A stretch of 64,000 bases of DNA from Bacteroidales bacterium (GTDB lineage: Bacteria > Bacteroidota > Bacteroidia > Bacteroidales > Muribaculaceae): positions 6,869 to 70,868 of the forward strand of contig JAAVFL010000035.1 in the NCBI GenBank assembly GCA_014800795.1, written 5' to 3'. The notes beneath the pieces were generated by a model that saw only the letters and a list, made by a program, of their open reading frames with translations, had not been told where the DNA came from and did no database searches. Made by a program: the position numbers and the translations under genes. How positions within the stretch are numbered: position 1 is the stretch's first letter; each line of letters starts with the position of its first letter. Positions 21,438 to 29,600 of this stretch are shown here, piece after piece.

Positions 21438-21506
21438 CAGCCGTAAACATAATATTAACGGCGTGCCAGAAGCCTAAATAAATCCGCAAGGCAGCGGTAA
21501 AATTCA

Positions 21507-22397
21507 ATGCAGAAAGAAAACATAGTTCTTTCATCCCTCAACACTCTTCACAACGACGGCAAAGAAATCATCTTCATTGCCGTAAACCGTGAGACCCCTG
21601 CCAACTCCACCAACGTAAAGGGCAAGGTGGAAAGCCTAAAGCAGTATGGGGTTCAGATGCCCCTAATGCTTATCCCTGCTGGATTTGCAGCAGAGGAAGG
21701 GCTGGAGCTGGTAGATAATAACCTTACCCCAGTAACAGACGCACAGCGTATCAGCAACGCCTTTGTAATACTAGACGGAAACAACCGCTATAAGGCTTAC
21801 AAGGAAATCCAGAAGCAGCAGAAGGAAGCAGTAGCCAAAGGTAGAGCCTATGACGCTGGGAAAGGGCTGGATGATATTGTATGCTTCATCCAGACGGAGA
21901 AGCCAGAAAAAGGTGTGCTAAACACGCTGATAGAAGTGAATACCACTGCTATCAGTTGGAAAGGCGGTGATTATATCCGCACTGCTGCTAAACTCAACCC
22001 AGAAGATGCAGCTATCAACTGGGCAAACGAAATGTCTAAGGCAAAGATGAGCCTTAGCACTATAAGCCTTTTCCTTACCTTTGATTCTAAGCTGAAGCCC
22101 CAGACGGTAGCGGACTTCATTAAAGGGGGAAAGCTGGGCTGTAAGTGCAACGTAGAGCGGGCTAAACGTATCTACGAAACCTTTATCGCTGCTGGCTTCA
22201 AGCAGAAGGATATAAACAAGCGGTATCTTATCAAGTTTGTTATCAGTCAAGGCGAGGATCTTGGGATAGCACTTGAAGCCTTCAAAGCTCTTACTGAGGG
22301 GGAAGTACAGTATATCTCAGAAAACCTTAAAGACACTGGAAACCCCTTTGAAGCTGTGGAAGCAAGGATAGAGCAGCTTAAAGCCCAGAAGGGATAA
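21507..22397 (+). CDS. ParB/Srx-superfamily (ParB N-terminal-domain-like) protein, 296 aa, with no in-frame TAG.
   Basis: ...VESLKQYGVQMPLMLIP...FVILDGNNRYKAYKEI... resembles the ParB/DGQHR-type motif (DGxxR). It is visibly more GC-rich than the late genes. Stop is TAA. Confidence 0.55.
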   Translation: MQKENIVLSSLNTLHNDGKEIIFIAVNRETPANSTNVKGKVESLKQYGVQMPLMLIPAGFAAEEGLELVDNNLTPVTDAQRISNAFVILDGNNRYKAYKEIQKQQKEAVAKGRAYDAGKGLDDIVCFIQTEKPEKGVLNTLIEVNTTAISWKGGDYIRTAAKLNPEDAAINWANEMSKAKMSLSTISLFLTFDSKLKPQTVADFIKGGKLGCKCNVERAKRIYETFIAAGFKQKDINKRYLIKFVISQGEDLGIALEAFKALTEGEVQYISENLKDTGNPFEAVEARIEQLKAQKG

Positions 22398-22424
22398 TAA
22401 GGCTATAGGGGGTAAAAAATAAAG

Positions 22425-22455
22425 GAGCTGGTAGAGAAATCTACTGGCTCTTTTT
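22425..22455 (+). terminator. Terminator after the ParB-like gene (11-bp stem, GAAA loop, TTTTT).
   Basis: GAGCTGGTAGA (22425-22435) pairs with TCTACTGGCTC (22440-22450, 2 G-U pairs), then a T-run at 22451-22455. Confidence 0.5.
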
Positions 22456-23092
22456 GTTTGGTATGTTAAAGTAGGTTAAAGTCAAAGGTGGGGAGAATTA
22501 TGGCTGGTAGCTATAAATTTCTGATTATCAATATTGTTTAGCCTGTATAACTTTGATTGCCGTGTTGTAGAACGGACAACGCAGAGGCCTCGCGCAAAAT
22601 ATGCAACGCCATCCGGCACGAAGCTCACGCATCATAGCCGAACGAACATGATTACATATCCACAAAGGCGTCCGTCGCTGCCACATTCCTGACCGAGATT
22701 GAAAGTTGCGAAGTTTCTAACTGTCAAGAAAGAGCGCTAAGTAACGCTTTTCATATGTCATTGCATCCCGCCCCGTGCCCATATCGGGCCTCTGCAGACG
22801 ATATGCGACTGCAAATTTACGAATTTTTCTCAAAGTCCTACCATTCAGAGCCTCAAATATTCGGAAAACAAATCAAAATCTTTAGAATTAAATAAAATAA
22901 GTCTTAAAAATGCACCTCGCTTGTACCGTCCACAACAATAACTAACCTTGCCACCTCTCTGTTATGGTCCGCTTCTCTTTGGGAGAATTTAGCAGAAAAT
23001 AGCAAATATCAGAGAGTTGAGTGGTATAACCGCCTCCAAGCCCGGGATATGGGGGACAGGTGCCTCAGCCTTGATGATATGTCGGGAAATCC

Positions 23093-23140
23093 GGTACATT
23101 TTGTGGTACATTTTTGTGGTACATTCACGAAATCTGTACC
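23093..23140. repeat. Iteron cluster: three direct GGTACATT copies (23093, 23105, 23118; 12-13 bp spacing) plus one inverted GGTACA (23135-23140).
   Basis: Read directly: ccGGTACATTttgtGGTACATTtttgtGGTACATTcacgaaatcTGTACC. It lies about 180 bp from the 3' end of tRNA-Arg. Confidence 0.6.
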
Positions 23141-23274
23141 AAAGATAATGTGCTAAATCGGAACTAACAAATGCTAACTTTGGCTAACGGACGGAAAGCT
23201 GATTTGCGCTAAATCCTTATAGCACTGAGAATTACAAAATTACTAAATGCCGGCTGACAGTCGCTTACGGGCAT

Positions 23275-23310
23275 AAAAAAAGGCCACGATTTCGTGTGAA
23301 AATCGTGACC
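23275..23310 (-). terminator. Rho-independent terminator of tRNA-Arg.
   Basis: The CACGATTT / AAATCGTG stem (23285-23292 / 23300-23307) is followed on the minus strand by a T7 run (A-run 23275-23281 on the plus strand). Confidence 0.6.
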
Positions 23311-23316
23311 CTTTTG

Positions 23317-23390
23317 TGATCCGGACGCGATTCGAACGCGTGACCGACTGCTTAGAAGGCAGTTGCTCTATCCAGCTGAGCTACCGGACC
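23317..23390 (-). tRNA. tRNA-Arg (anticodon TCT).
   Basis: The minus-strand sequence GGTCCGGTAGCTCAGCTGGATAGAGCAACTGCCTTCTAAGCAGTCGGTCACGCGTTCGAATCGCGTCCGGATCA folds as a cloverleaf. It has a 7-bp acceptor stem, a D arm GCTC/GAGC, an anticodon loop CTTCTAA and a T arm ACGCG-TTCGAAT-CGCGT. Confidence 0.9.
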
Positions 23391-23437
23391 CCTTGCAAAG
23401 AAGTTTTGCGGTGCAAAGGTAATAATTAATTTCGGGA

Positions 23438-24373
23438 TTACAAAACTGTCACGTGATCTTCTTTCCGAATCGTCGACCGGTCAATGCCGAGAGTGTCGAG
23501 GGCTTCGGCAATCGCGTTGGAGGTTTCGGGGCTTACGGGAACGAGGGGGAGACGAACTACGTTCTTCGCCAACCCGAGATGGGCAAGGAGGCATTTTAGC
23601 CCCGTGGGGTTGCCTTCGGCGAAAAGAGCGCGATCAAGCGGTTGCATGTCGCAATCGATGCGGGCGGCTTTTTCTGATGACGCATCACTGAGGGCGAGAT
23701 GTACCATCGTGCTGAACATGCGGGGGAGGGCATTGCCGACAACTGATATCACTCCTGTAGCCCCCTTTGCTATGAGGCGGCGTGTCAGTGCGTCGTCACC
23801 GCTTATAAGGTTGAAGCCCGCCGGTTTGCCGGCTATGATGTCGGCTGCCTGCTCAAGGTTGCCGGATGCTTCCTTTATGCCGATTATTTTACCGGGGAAT
23901 TCCCGGGCGAGGCGCAGGGTAGTGGCCGCTTCCATGTTTTTCCCCGTGCGTGATGGCACGTTATAGAGGATTACGGGGAGGGGAGATACTTCGGCTATGG
24001 CTTTGAAGTGGCGGTAGATTCCCTCCTGTGAGGGTTTATTGTAATATGGAACCACCGATAGTATGGCGCTGTAGCCTGAGAAATCCACTTCAGGTATATG
24101 GTTTACAATCTCCGTTGTGCAGTTGTTGCTCATTCCCATTACGAGGGGAATGCGTCCGGCAACTTTTTCCGCGACAAAGCGGGCTACCCGGTTGCGTTCG
24201 GAGCAACTGAGGGTAACGGCTTCCGATGTGGTTGCGAGTACCACAAGGTAATCTGCCCCGTTTTTTATCTGATAGTCAACCAGATTTTCCAGAGCATCGA
24301 AGTCTATTGAAAAATCGTCCTTGAACGGTGTGGCGAGTGCCACCCCCATCCCTCTGAGGCTTATTGGCTCCAT
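23438..24373 (-). CDS. dapA: 4-hydroxy-tetrahydrodipicolinate synthase.
   Basis: GMGVALATPF N-terminus, the YNVPSRTG motif and a length of about 300 aa. Confidence 0.9.
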   Translation of the reverse strand: MEPISLRGMGVALATPFKDDFSIDFDALENLVDYQIKNGADYLVVLATTSEAVTLSCSERNRVARFVAEKVAGRIPLVMGMSNNCTTEIVNHIPEVDFSGYSAILSVVPYYNKPSQEGIYRHFKAIAEVSPLPVILYNVPSRTGKNMEAATTLRLAREFPGKIIGIKEASGNLEQAADIIAGKPAGFNLISGDDALTRRLIAKGATGVISVVGNALPRMFSTMVHLALSDASSEKAARIDCDMQPLDRALFAEGNPTGLKCLLAHLGLAKNVVRLPLVPVSPETSNAIAEALDTLGIDRSTIRKEDHVTVL

Positions 24374-24473
24374 ATACTATTGTTTTCACCACAAAGATAA
24401 CACTATTTTGCCATATAAACCAACTCGCATGGTCGATTGTTGATATAGTAGAACAAACTAAAAACATAGAACT

Positions 24474-24791
24474 ATGAATGATTTCAATGAAATGATCAGT
24501 CAGTCGAAACCGACTTTGGTAGATTTCTTCGCCACATGGTGTGGCCCATGTAAGATGCAGGCTCCTATTCTTGAGCAAGTTAAGGCTAAGGTAGGCGATG
24601 CAGGAAATATTGTGAAAGTAGATATTGATAAAAATCAGGAACTTGCTGCCCGCTACAGAGTGCAGTCCGTTCCAACGCTGATTATGTTCAAGAACGGCGA
24701 GCCTGTATGGCGTACTGTAGGCGTTCAGCAAGCCGATCTGCTTGAGGCGAAGATCTACGAACATGTAGAAACCAAGAGCGACGAACGCTGA
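24474..24791 (+). CDS. trxA: Thioredoxin.
   Basis: 105 aa with the WCGPC active site. Confidence 0.9.
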   Translation: MNDFNEMISQSKPTLVDFFATWCGPCKMQAPILEQVKAKVGDAGNIVKVDIDKNQELAARYRVQSVPTLIMFKNGEPVWRTVGVQQADLLEAKIYEHVETKSDER

Positions 24792-24848
24792 TATATAAAT
24801 GTTCAATTGACTACAACCTGACAACAAACACACAAAATTTATTTTATT

Positions 24849-25148
24849 ATGGCTACAGAATTACAGAAAGCCCTCGGCGAGGCTAAGCCTACTTTGGTAG
24901 AGATGTATCGCCTCGGCGATGAGGCTTGTGAAGAGATGAACAGTGTAGTGGCCGAGATCCGCAAAAGCCTTGGCGACAGAGCCAACGTTTTGCAGATCGA
25001 TGGTTCCGCCAATCAGGATATTATGCGTCAATATAATGTAGCAAGCTATCCTGCGTGGCTTCTTTTTAAAGATGGAGCTGTGGCGTGGCGCGACTATGGC
25101 CGCAAGTCCTATGGTGAACTCGAACATATGGTCCGCGATTTCATCTGA
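24849..25148 (+). CDS. Thioredoxin-fold protein lacking the CxxC motif.
   Basis: 99 aa, colinear with thioredoxin (…PTLVEMYRLGDEACEEM… sits where WCGPC would be; …YPAWLLFKDG…). Confidence 0.6.
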   Translation: MATELQKALGEAKPTLVEMYRLGDEACEEMNSVVAEIRKSLGDRANVLQIDGSANQDIMRQYNVASYPAWLLFKDGAVAWRDYGRKSYGELEHMVRDFI

Positions 25149-25305
25149 TAACACTGAGCGTGAGTTAGAGTGGCTGTATCGTAGTAATGGTGCAGCCACT
25201 TTTTCATTTTTATCGGAATATACCGAAACAAACCGATTCCGGACTATTCGCATTGAAAACGATAGTCCGGAATCGGTTTGTTTGTCGGCAACAGTGCAGT
25301 GGCGG

Positions 25306-26139
25306 TTACGGCCTGTATGGTTCGCGGGCAAGCAATGCCAGCAGGGTGTCGTGCAGCTTCGGATTGGCACATACCACCGATATACCGCGGTCATTGCGGA
25401 AACGGGTGCATACACCTCCGGATTCCCTGACGATTAGTGTCGAGGCGTTTATGTCCCATTCGTGAAGGTTCAGTTCCCAGTATCCCTGAAGGAATCCGGC
25501 TGCCACATAACACATTTCGCATGCTGCCGATCCGAGCCTCCTGATATCTCTGACTTTAGGCATGATAGCAGCCAGATTATCAAGATTATTGTCGGGATTG
25601 ACATTTTTATCGACCGGAAAACCAGTGGAAATAACCGAGCGCGACATCTCTGTCTCTTCGGAGACATGAATCGGTTGACCGTTGAGCCATGCACCTTCAC
25701 CGGCTACTGCATGAAACATTTCACCTGTCGCCGGCATGAAAAATACGCCCATCACGGTGGTTCCGCGATACTCAACTCCGATACTTATACCCCAAAACGG
25801 CAGTCCTGCGAAGAAATTGGTTGTTCCGTCGATCGGATCTACAATCCATCGCCATTCGAGGTTTCCCGAGGTTTCGCCTGATTCTTCGGTAAGAATAGAG
25901 TGATCCCGAAAATGCGAGGCAATGAACCCACGGATATAAGCGTCACACTCTTTATCTGCAACAGTAACAATGTCGCTGTCGTTGAGCTTGTTCGCGACGT
26001 CGATATCCGTCTTCCGGAAATAACGCATGGCGATTTCTCCCGCTTTGCGGGCGCATTCTGTTATTTCTCCTATGCTGGGAGCGTTTTGAATCTGCATCAT
26101 ACTCTTCAGTGGCTTTGCTTGGGGGGTTACGCGGCACAT
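25306..26139 (-). CDS. Inositol monophosphatase family protein.
   Basis: WIVDPIDGTTNF motif and the overall IMPase/SuhB pattern. The true start may be an internal Met. Confidence 0.85.
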   Translation of the reverse strand: MCRVTPQAKPLKSMMQIQNAPSIGEITECARKAGEIAMRYFRKTDIDVANKLNDSDIVTVADKECDAYIRGFIASHFRDHSILTEESGETSGNLEWRWIVDPIDGTTNFFAGLPFWGISIGVEYRGTTVMGVFFMPATGEMFHAVAGEGAWLNGQPIHVSEETEMSRSVISTGFPVDKNVNPDNNLDNLAAIMPKVRDIRRLGSAACEMCYVAAGFLQGYWELNLHEWDINASTLIVRESGGVCTRFRNDRGISVVCANPKLHDTLLALLAREPYRP

Positions 26140-26149
26140 CAGACTGCGG

Positions 26150-28141
26150 TCAGACAGGGATACCGTCAGGTTTATATTCTACGAACGCCTCCATTGCCTC
26201 ATATGAAGCCATGCCGAGTTTCTCGTACAGCTTGGCGGTAGCACGGTTGCGCTCTTCGGCACGTTGCCAGAAAAGGCGGTCGTCGTCGCCGAGGAATGGA
26301 GCGTTTTCCATCTGGCTCTGATGCTTGAGAATAGAGTTGCGTTTAAAACGCAGCTCCTCCGGCGAGATTGGCACAGCCATTTCGATATGGTCTATTTCCC
26401 ATTCGGCCCATGCGCCGCGGTACATCCAGATACGGCAATCTTTCACCCAGTCTTCGTCAAGCAGTTCGTCGACAGCTGCAAACACGGCATCGGTGCATAT
26501 GCGGTGTGTGCCATGAGGGTCTGCAAGGTCGCCTGCCACGAATATCTGGTGGGGTTTTACTTCCTGAAGCAATTTTTTTACGATTTCAACATCTTTCTCT
26601 GTCAGATCCCCTTTCTTTATGGTACCGGTTTCGTAGAACGGAAGTCTCAGGAAATGCACATTCTCCGGCTTTACACCTACATAGTCGCATGCGATGGCAG
26701 CTTCGGCCTGACGGATCATTGTCTTTATTTCCCTTACCTCGGGTGTGTCGGTCTCGTTCATCGAATGCTTGTTCTTCACAAGATTCCTTACATCCATGCT
26801 CAGTTTCAGATATTCCTCATTGGCGAAGCCGAACATGGGTGCTATCTTATCCATCATCATGAAATAGCGCATCATGTCTTCATCGCCCACGGCTATGTTG
26901 CCGGAGGTTTCGTAAGCCACATGCACATCGTGTCCCTGGTCAACCAGACGCTTGAGGGTTCCACCCATTGAGATTACATCGTCGTCGGGGTGGGGAGAAA
27001 ATACGATCACACGCTTGGGATAGGGGAGAGCCCGCTCAGGGCGCGACGAGTCGTCGGCGTTGGGTTTGCCGCCGGGCCATCCGGTGATAGTATGTTGCAG
27101 CTCGTTGAACACTTTGATATTCACATTGTATGCGGAGCCATATAAAGCGGCAAGCTCACCCAGACCGAAGTCCTTGTAGTCTTTGTCGGTGAGTTTCAGA
27201 ATCGGTTTACCGGTCTTGAAACAGAGCCATACGATGGCACGGCGTATGAGTTTGTCTGTCCATTCGCATGAGGTCACTTTCCAGGGGTGGGAGATACGGG
27301 TAAGAGCATATGCTGCATCCAGATCAAGCACAACACAGGTGTTGTTATGAAGTTGCAGGAACGATGCGGGCACTTTGTCGCTGACAGGGCCTTCAACAAC
27401 TTCTTTTATCACCGGTGCCACATTCTCGCCCCATGCCATACACATTACGTTGGAGGAAGCTAATATGTTGCTCAGTCCGAGGGTAATTGCCGTTGTCGGG
27501 CTTTTGTCGCACTTGTAGGCATTCTGGATCTGCTGGCGGGTCTCGCCATTGAGAAGAACAAGACGGCAGCGGGCTGTAGAGAGCGATCCCGGTTCGTTGA
27601 AAGCCAACGAGCCTTCCGGACCGACTTCGCAGATAGTGAGATCCAGACCGCCGCAGTCGCTTATCTTGCGTTCATATTCCTTGCAGTAGTCGTACATGCT
27701 TTCCATCGTCACGGCCGGATTTATCGTATGGATGTTTTCCGGACGCACATTCACATGGTCGAGAAAAACGTCTTTCAGCCGGGCTAAAGTCGACGGGCCG
27801 TCAGGGTTCAGCGGGAAAAACTCCGAAAGATTGAACACAGTGACACGGTCGAAACTCACCTCTCCACGACGGTGCATTTCGATAAGATGAGCGTATACGG
27901 AGTGAGTGGAGAGACCGGCACCGAGTGCCATCACACATCGCCCCCGCGCGGCTACGCTGCGGGTGATGACTTCTACAATCCGGTGAGCGAGATATTCGCT
28001 GCCGTCAGCGGATGTTTCAAATATACGGGTATATATTTTCTCTTCCCTTGTAAGGGCTGCTGTCTCTATATCTCCCTGAGGATCGTAATATTTTCTGGAG
28101 ATACGGTCAAGCTTAATCTGTGAGCTGAGGTTTGTTCTCAT
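26150..28141 (-). CDS. Long-form glucosamine-6-phosphate deaminase (NagB-like N-domain fused to a LmbE/PIG-L-like domain), 663 aa.
   Basis: The N-terminal half aligns by eye with NagB. The C-terminal half has the VFSPHPDDDVISMGG (PIG-L/LmbE) motif. This architecture is common in Bacteroidales. Confidence 0.8.
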   Translation of the reverse strand: MRTNLSSQIKLDRISRKYYDPQGDIETAALTREEKIYTRIFETSADGSEYLAHRIVEVITRSVAARGRCVMALGAGLSTHSVYAHLIEMHRRGEVSFDRVTVFNLSEFFPLNPDGPSTLARLKDVFLDHVNVRPENIHTINPAVTMESMYDYCKEYERKISDCGGLDLTICEVGPEGSLAFNEPGSLSTARCRLVLLNGETRQQIQNAYKCDKSPTTAITLGLSNILASSNVMCMAWGENVAPVIKEVVEGPVSDKVPASFLQLHNNTCVVLDLDAAYALTRISHPWKVTSCEWTDKLIRRAIVWLCFKTGKPILKLTDKDYKDFGLGELAALYGSAYNVNIKVFNELQHTITGWPGGKPNADDSSRPERALPYPKRVIVFSPHPDDDVISMGGTLKRLVDQGHDVHVAYETSGNIAVGDEDMMRYFMMMDKIAPMFGFANEEYLKLSMDVRNLVKNKHSMNETDTPEVREIKTMIRQAEAAIACDYVGVKPENVHFLRLPFYETGTIKKGDLTEKDVEIVKKLLQEVKPHQIFVAGDLADPHGTHRICTDAVFAAVDELLDEDWVKDCRIWMYRGAWAEWEIDHIEMAVPISPEELRFKRNSILKHQSQMENAPFLGDDDRLFWQRAEERNRATAKLYEKLGMASYEAMEAFVEYKPDGIPV

Positions 28142-28435
28142 CAGTGAATTTTTTTATAACTTTGCAAATGTACAAATTTTCCGGCTATTCGTGCCGCTTG
28201 TTATAAATAGAATAACGTTTCTGGAAACGGGATGTTCATAAGTCCCCGCCTTGTATAGGCAGGTAATGAAATTACAACATACCGGATGTAATGTATGTTA
28301 TATCTTTACTCCTGTCTGTACCATATTCCGGAGGCGGTGGCTAATAAAAAATAGCGGCTCCACACAGGTGTCCTGACTACAGGTCATCATCTTTACAGCG
28401 ACTATAATATAAAAATAAAATAAACAGTTTTTACT

Positions 28436-29245
28436 ATGAGACTTATAATTCAGGAAGACTACGACAGACTTTCGCGTTGGGCGGCAAACTATGTTGCAGC
28501 CCGTATCAACGAATTCGCCCCCACTCCGGAGCGTCCCTTCGTGTTGGGATGTCCTACCGGCAGTTCGCCCCTTGGCATGTATCGTGCCCTGATCGAACTT
28601 AACAAGGCCGGGAAAGTATCATTTAAAAATGTCGTGACCTTCAATATGGATGAATATTGCGGACTACCTGAAGAGCATCCCGAAAGCTACCACAGCTTCA
28701 TGTGGAACAACTTCTTCAGCCACATCGACATACCCCGTGAGAATGTCAATATCCTCAACGGTAACGCGCCTGATCTTGCAGCCGAATGTGCCCGCTTCGA
28801 GGAGAAGATCAGGAGCTACGGAGGCATTGAGCTCTTCATGGGCGGTGTAGGCCCCGACGGTCACATCGCTTTCAACGAACCGGGTTCATCGCTCACATCG
28901 CGTACCCGTCAGAAAACCCTCACAACCGACACCATAATTGCCAACTCTCGATTCTTCGACAACAACGTAAATCTTGTTCCGAAGACTGCCCTTACCGTAG
29001 GTGTCGGAACCGTGATGGATGCCCGTAGCGTCCTTCTGCTCGTAAATGGTCATAACAAAGCACGCGCTCTCAGACATGGTGTTGAAGGCGGCATCTCACA
29101 GATGTGGACAATCTCTGCCCTCCAGCTTCATCCCAAGGCGATAATAGTTGCCGACGACGCGGCATGTGGCGAACTCAAGGTGCAGACCTACCGTTATTTC
29201 CTCGACATAGAGAAAAACAACCTCGACCCCGATACCCAGCTTTGA
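28436..29245 (+). CDS. nagB: Glucosamine-6-phosphate deaminase.
   Basis: 269 aa with [10 protein letters not shown]..., [12 protein letters not shown] and FNMDEY motifs. Confidence 0.9.
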   Translation: MRLIIQEDYDRLSRWAANYVAARINEFAPTPERPFVLGCPTGSSPLGMYRALIELNKAGKVSFKNVVTFNMDEYCGLPEEHPESYHSFMWNNFFSHIDIPRENVNILNGNAPDLAAECARFEEKIRSYGGIELFMGGVGPDGHIAFNEPGSSLTSRTRQKTLTTDTIIANSRFFDNNVNLVPKTALTVGVGTVMDARSVLLLVNGHNKARALRHGVEGGISQMWTISALQLHPKAIIVADDAACGELKVQTYRYFLDIEKNNLDPDTQL

Positions 29246-29272
29246 TCCTTACGGTTATTGCATAAGAATATG

Positions 29273-29306
29273 GCGGCGCACCGGAAACCGGTGCGCCGCT
29301 GTTCTT
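29273..29306 (+). terminator. Rho-independent terminator after nagB.
   Basis: GCGGCGCACCGG-AAA-CCGGTGCGCCGC forms a perfect 12-bp stem, followed by TGTTCTTC. Confidence 0.7.
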
Positions 29307-29416
29307 CACTGCCCCGAACGCATACTTGAGAATGAATCGCTAATCCGGCATATGCGCGCAGAACCCGCTGCCGTGGTAAAAACGGGGGAGAGGTGACAGT
29401 TTTTTTTGCGCGCGGA

Positions 29417-29448
29417 TTTGGTGATCTGATGTTTTTTCGATAACTTTG
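29417..29448 (+). promoter_or_regulatory. Bacteroidota-type promoter (TTTG-N20-TAACTTTG) for the aromatic amino-acid operon leader.
   Basis: TTTG at 29417-29420 and TAACTTTG at 29441-29448. The leader ATG lies 20 nt downstream. Confidence 0.55.
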
Positions 29449-29467
29449 CCGCGTAAATCAAAGAAAA

Positions 29468-29521
29468 ATGACCAACTCATTCGCCCGATTTTATTATTTT
29501 TACTTTTATCCTATCAGATAA
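29468..29521 (+). CDS. Phe/Tyr-rich leader peptide (17 aa): MTNSFARFYYFYFYPIR.
   Basis: Hand translation. Seven consecutive codons (positions 8-14) are all Phe or Tyr (FYYFYFY). It sits between the promoter and a terminator/antiterminator upstream of pheA. Confidence 0.6.
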   Translation: MTNSFARFYYFYFYPIR

Positions 29522-29600
29522 GAGCGGGGCGTTTTGACGTTTAGATATTATATTTTTTATTGAGACAGCCCCGTTGCGCGAGGCTGTCTTATTTGTTATA
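29522..29600 (+). promoter_or_regulatory. Transcription attenuator with alternative antiterminator (GCGGGGC 29524-29530 with GCCCCGT 29568-29574) and terminator (AGACAGCC 29563-29570 with GGCTGTCT 29582-29589, then TATTTGTTATATTTG).
   Basis: The two helices share the nucleotides GCC (29568-29570), so they exclude each other. The first arm starts about 2 nt after the leader stop codon. Confidence 0.55.

Larger units (their letters stand above)
1..22455 (+). mobile_element. Prophage late region: siphovirus-like tail, HK97-type head module, amber (TAG)-recoded. The left end is cut by the window. The right boundary is uncertain and could extend to the tRNA-Arg at 23317.
   Basis: Colinear terL, portal, protease, MCP, connector, tail tube, chaperone (frameshift), tape measure, baseplate, fiber and lysis modules, all on the + strand. 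The region is clearly more AT-rich than the DNA right of about 23.3 kb (by eye, mid-30s versus mid-50s %GC). It lies next to the 3' end of a tRNA gene. Confidence 0.85.

Noticed and set aside
22530-22786. An 85-codon minus-strand ORF that appears if one TAG is read through (MGTGRDAMTYEKRYLALFLDS-Q-KLRNF...CIFCARPLRCPFYN...).
   Set aside because: The Arg/Trp/Cys-rich composition is typical of out-of-frame or noncoding GC-rich sequence. It has no recognisable motif or start context and depends on a single read-through. I treat it as noncoding unless homology says otherwise.
23093-23140. The GGTACATT repeats as a CRISPR array or minisatellite.
   Set aside because: There are only three 8-bp copies at 12-13 bp spacing, with no spacers of CRISPR size and no cas genes. 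A protein-binding iteron or arm-site cluster fits better.
24276-24833. 185-aa minus-strand ORF overlapping trxA.
   Set aside because: It is antisense to a canonical thioredoxin gene and extends into the dapA promoter region, with no supporting features.
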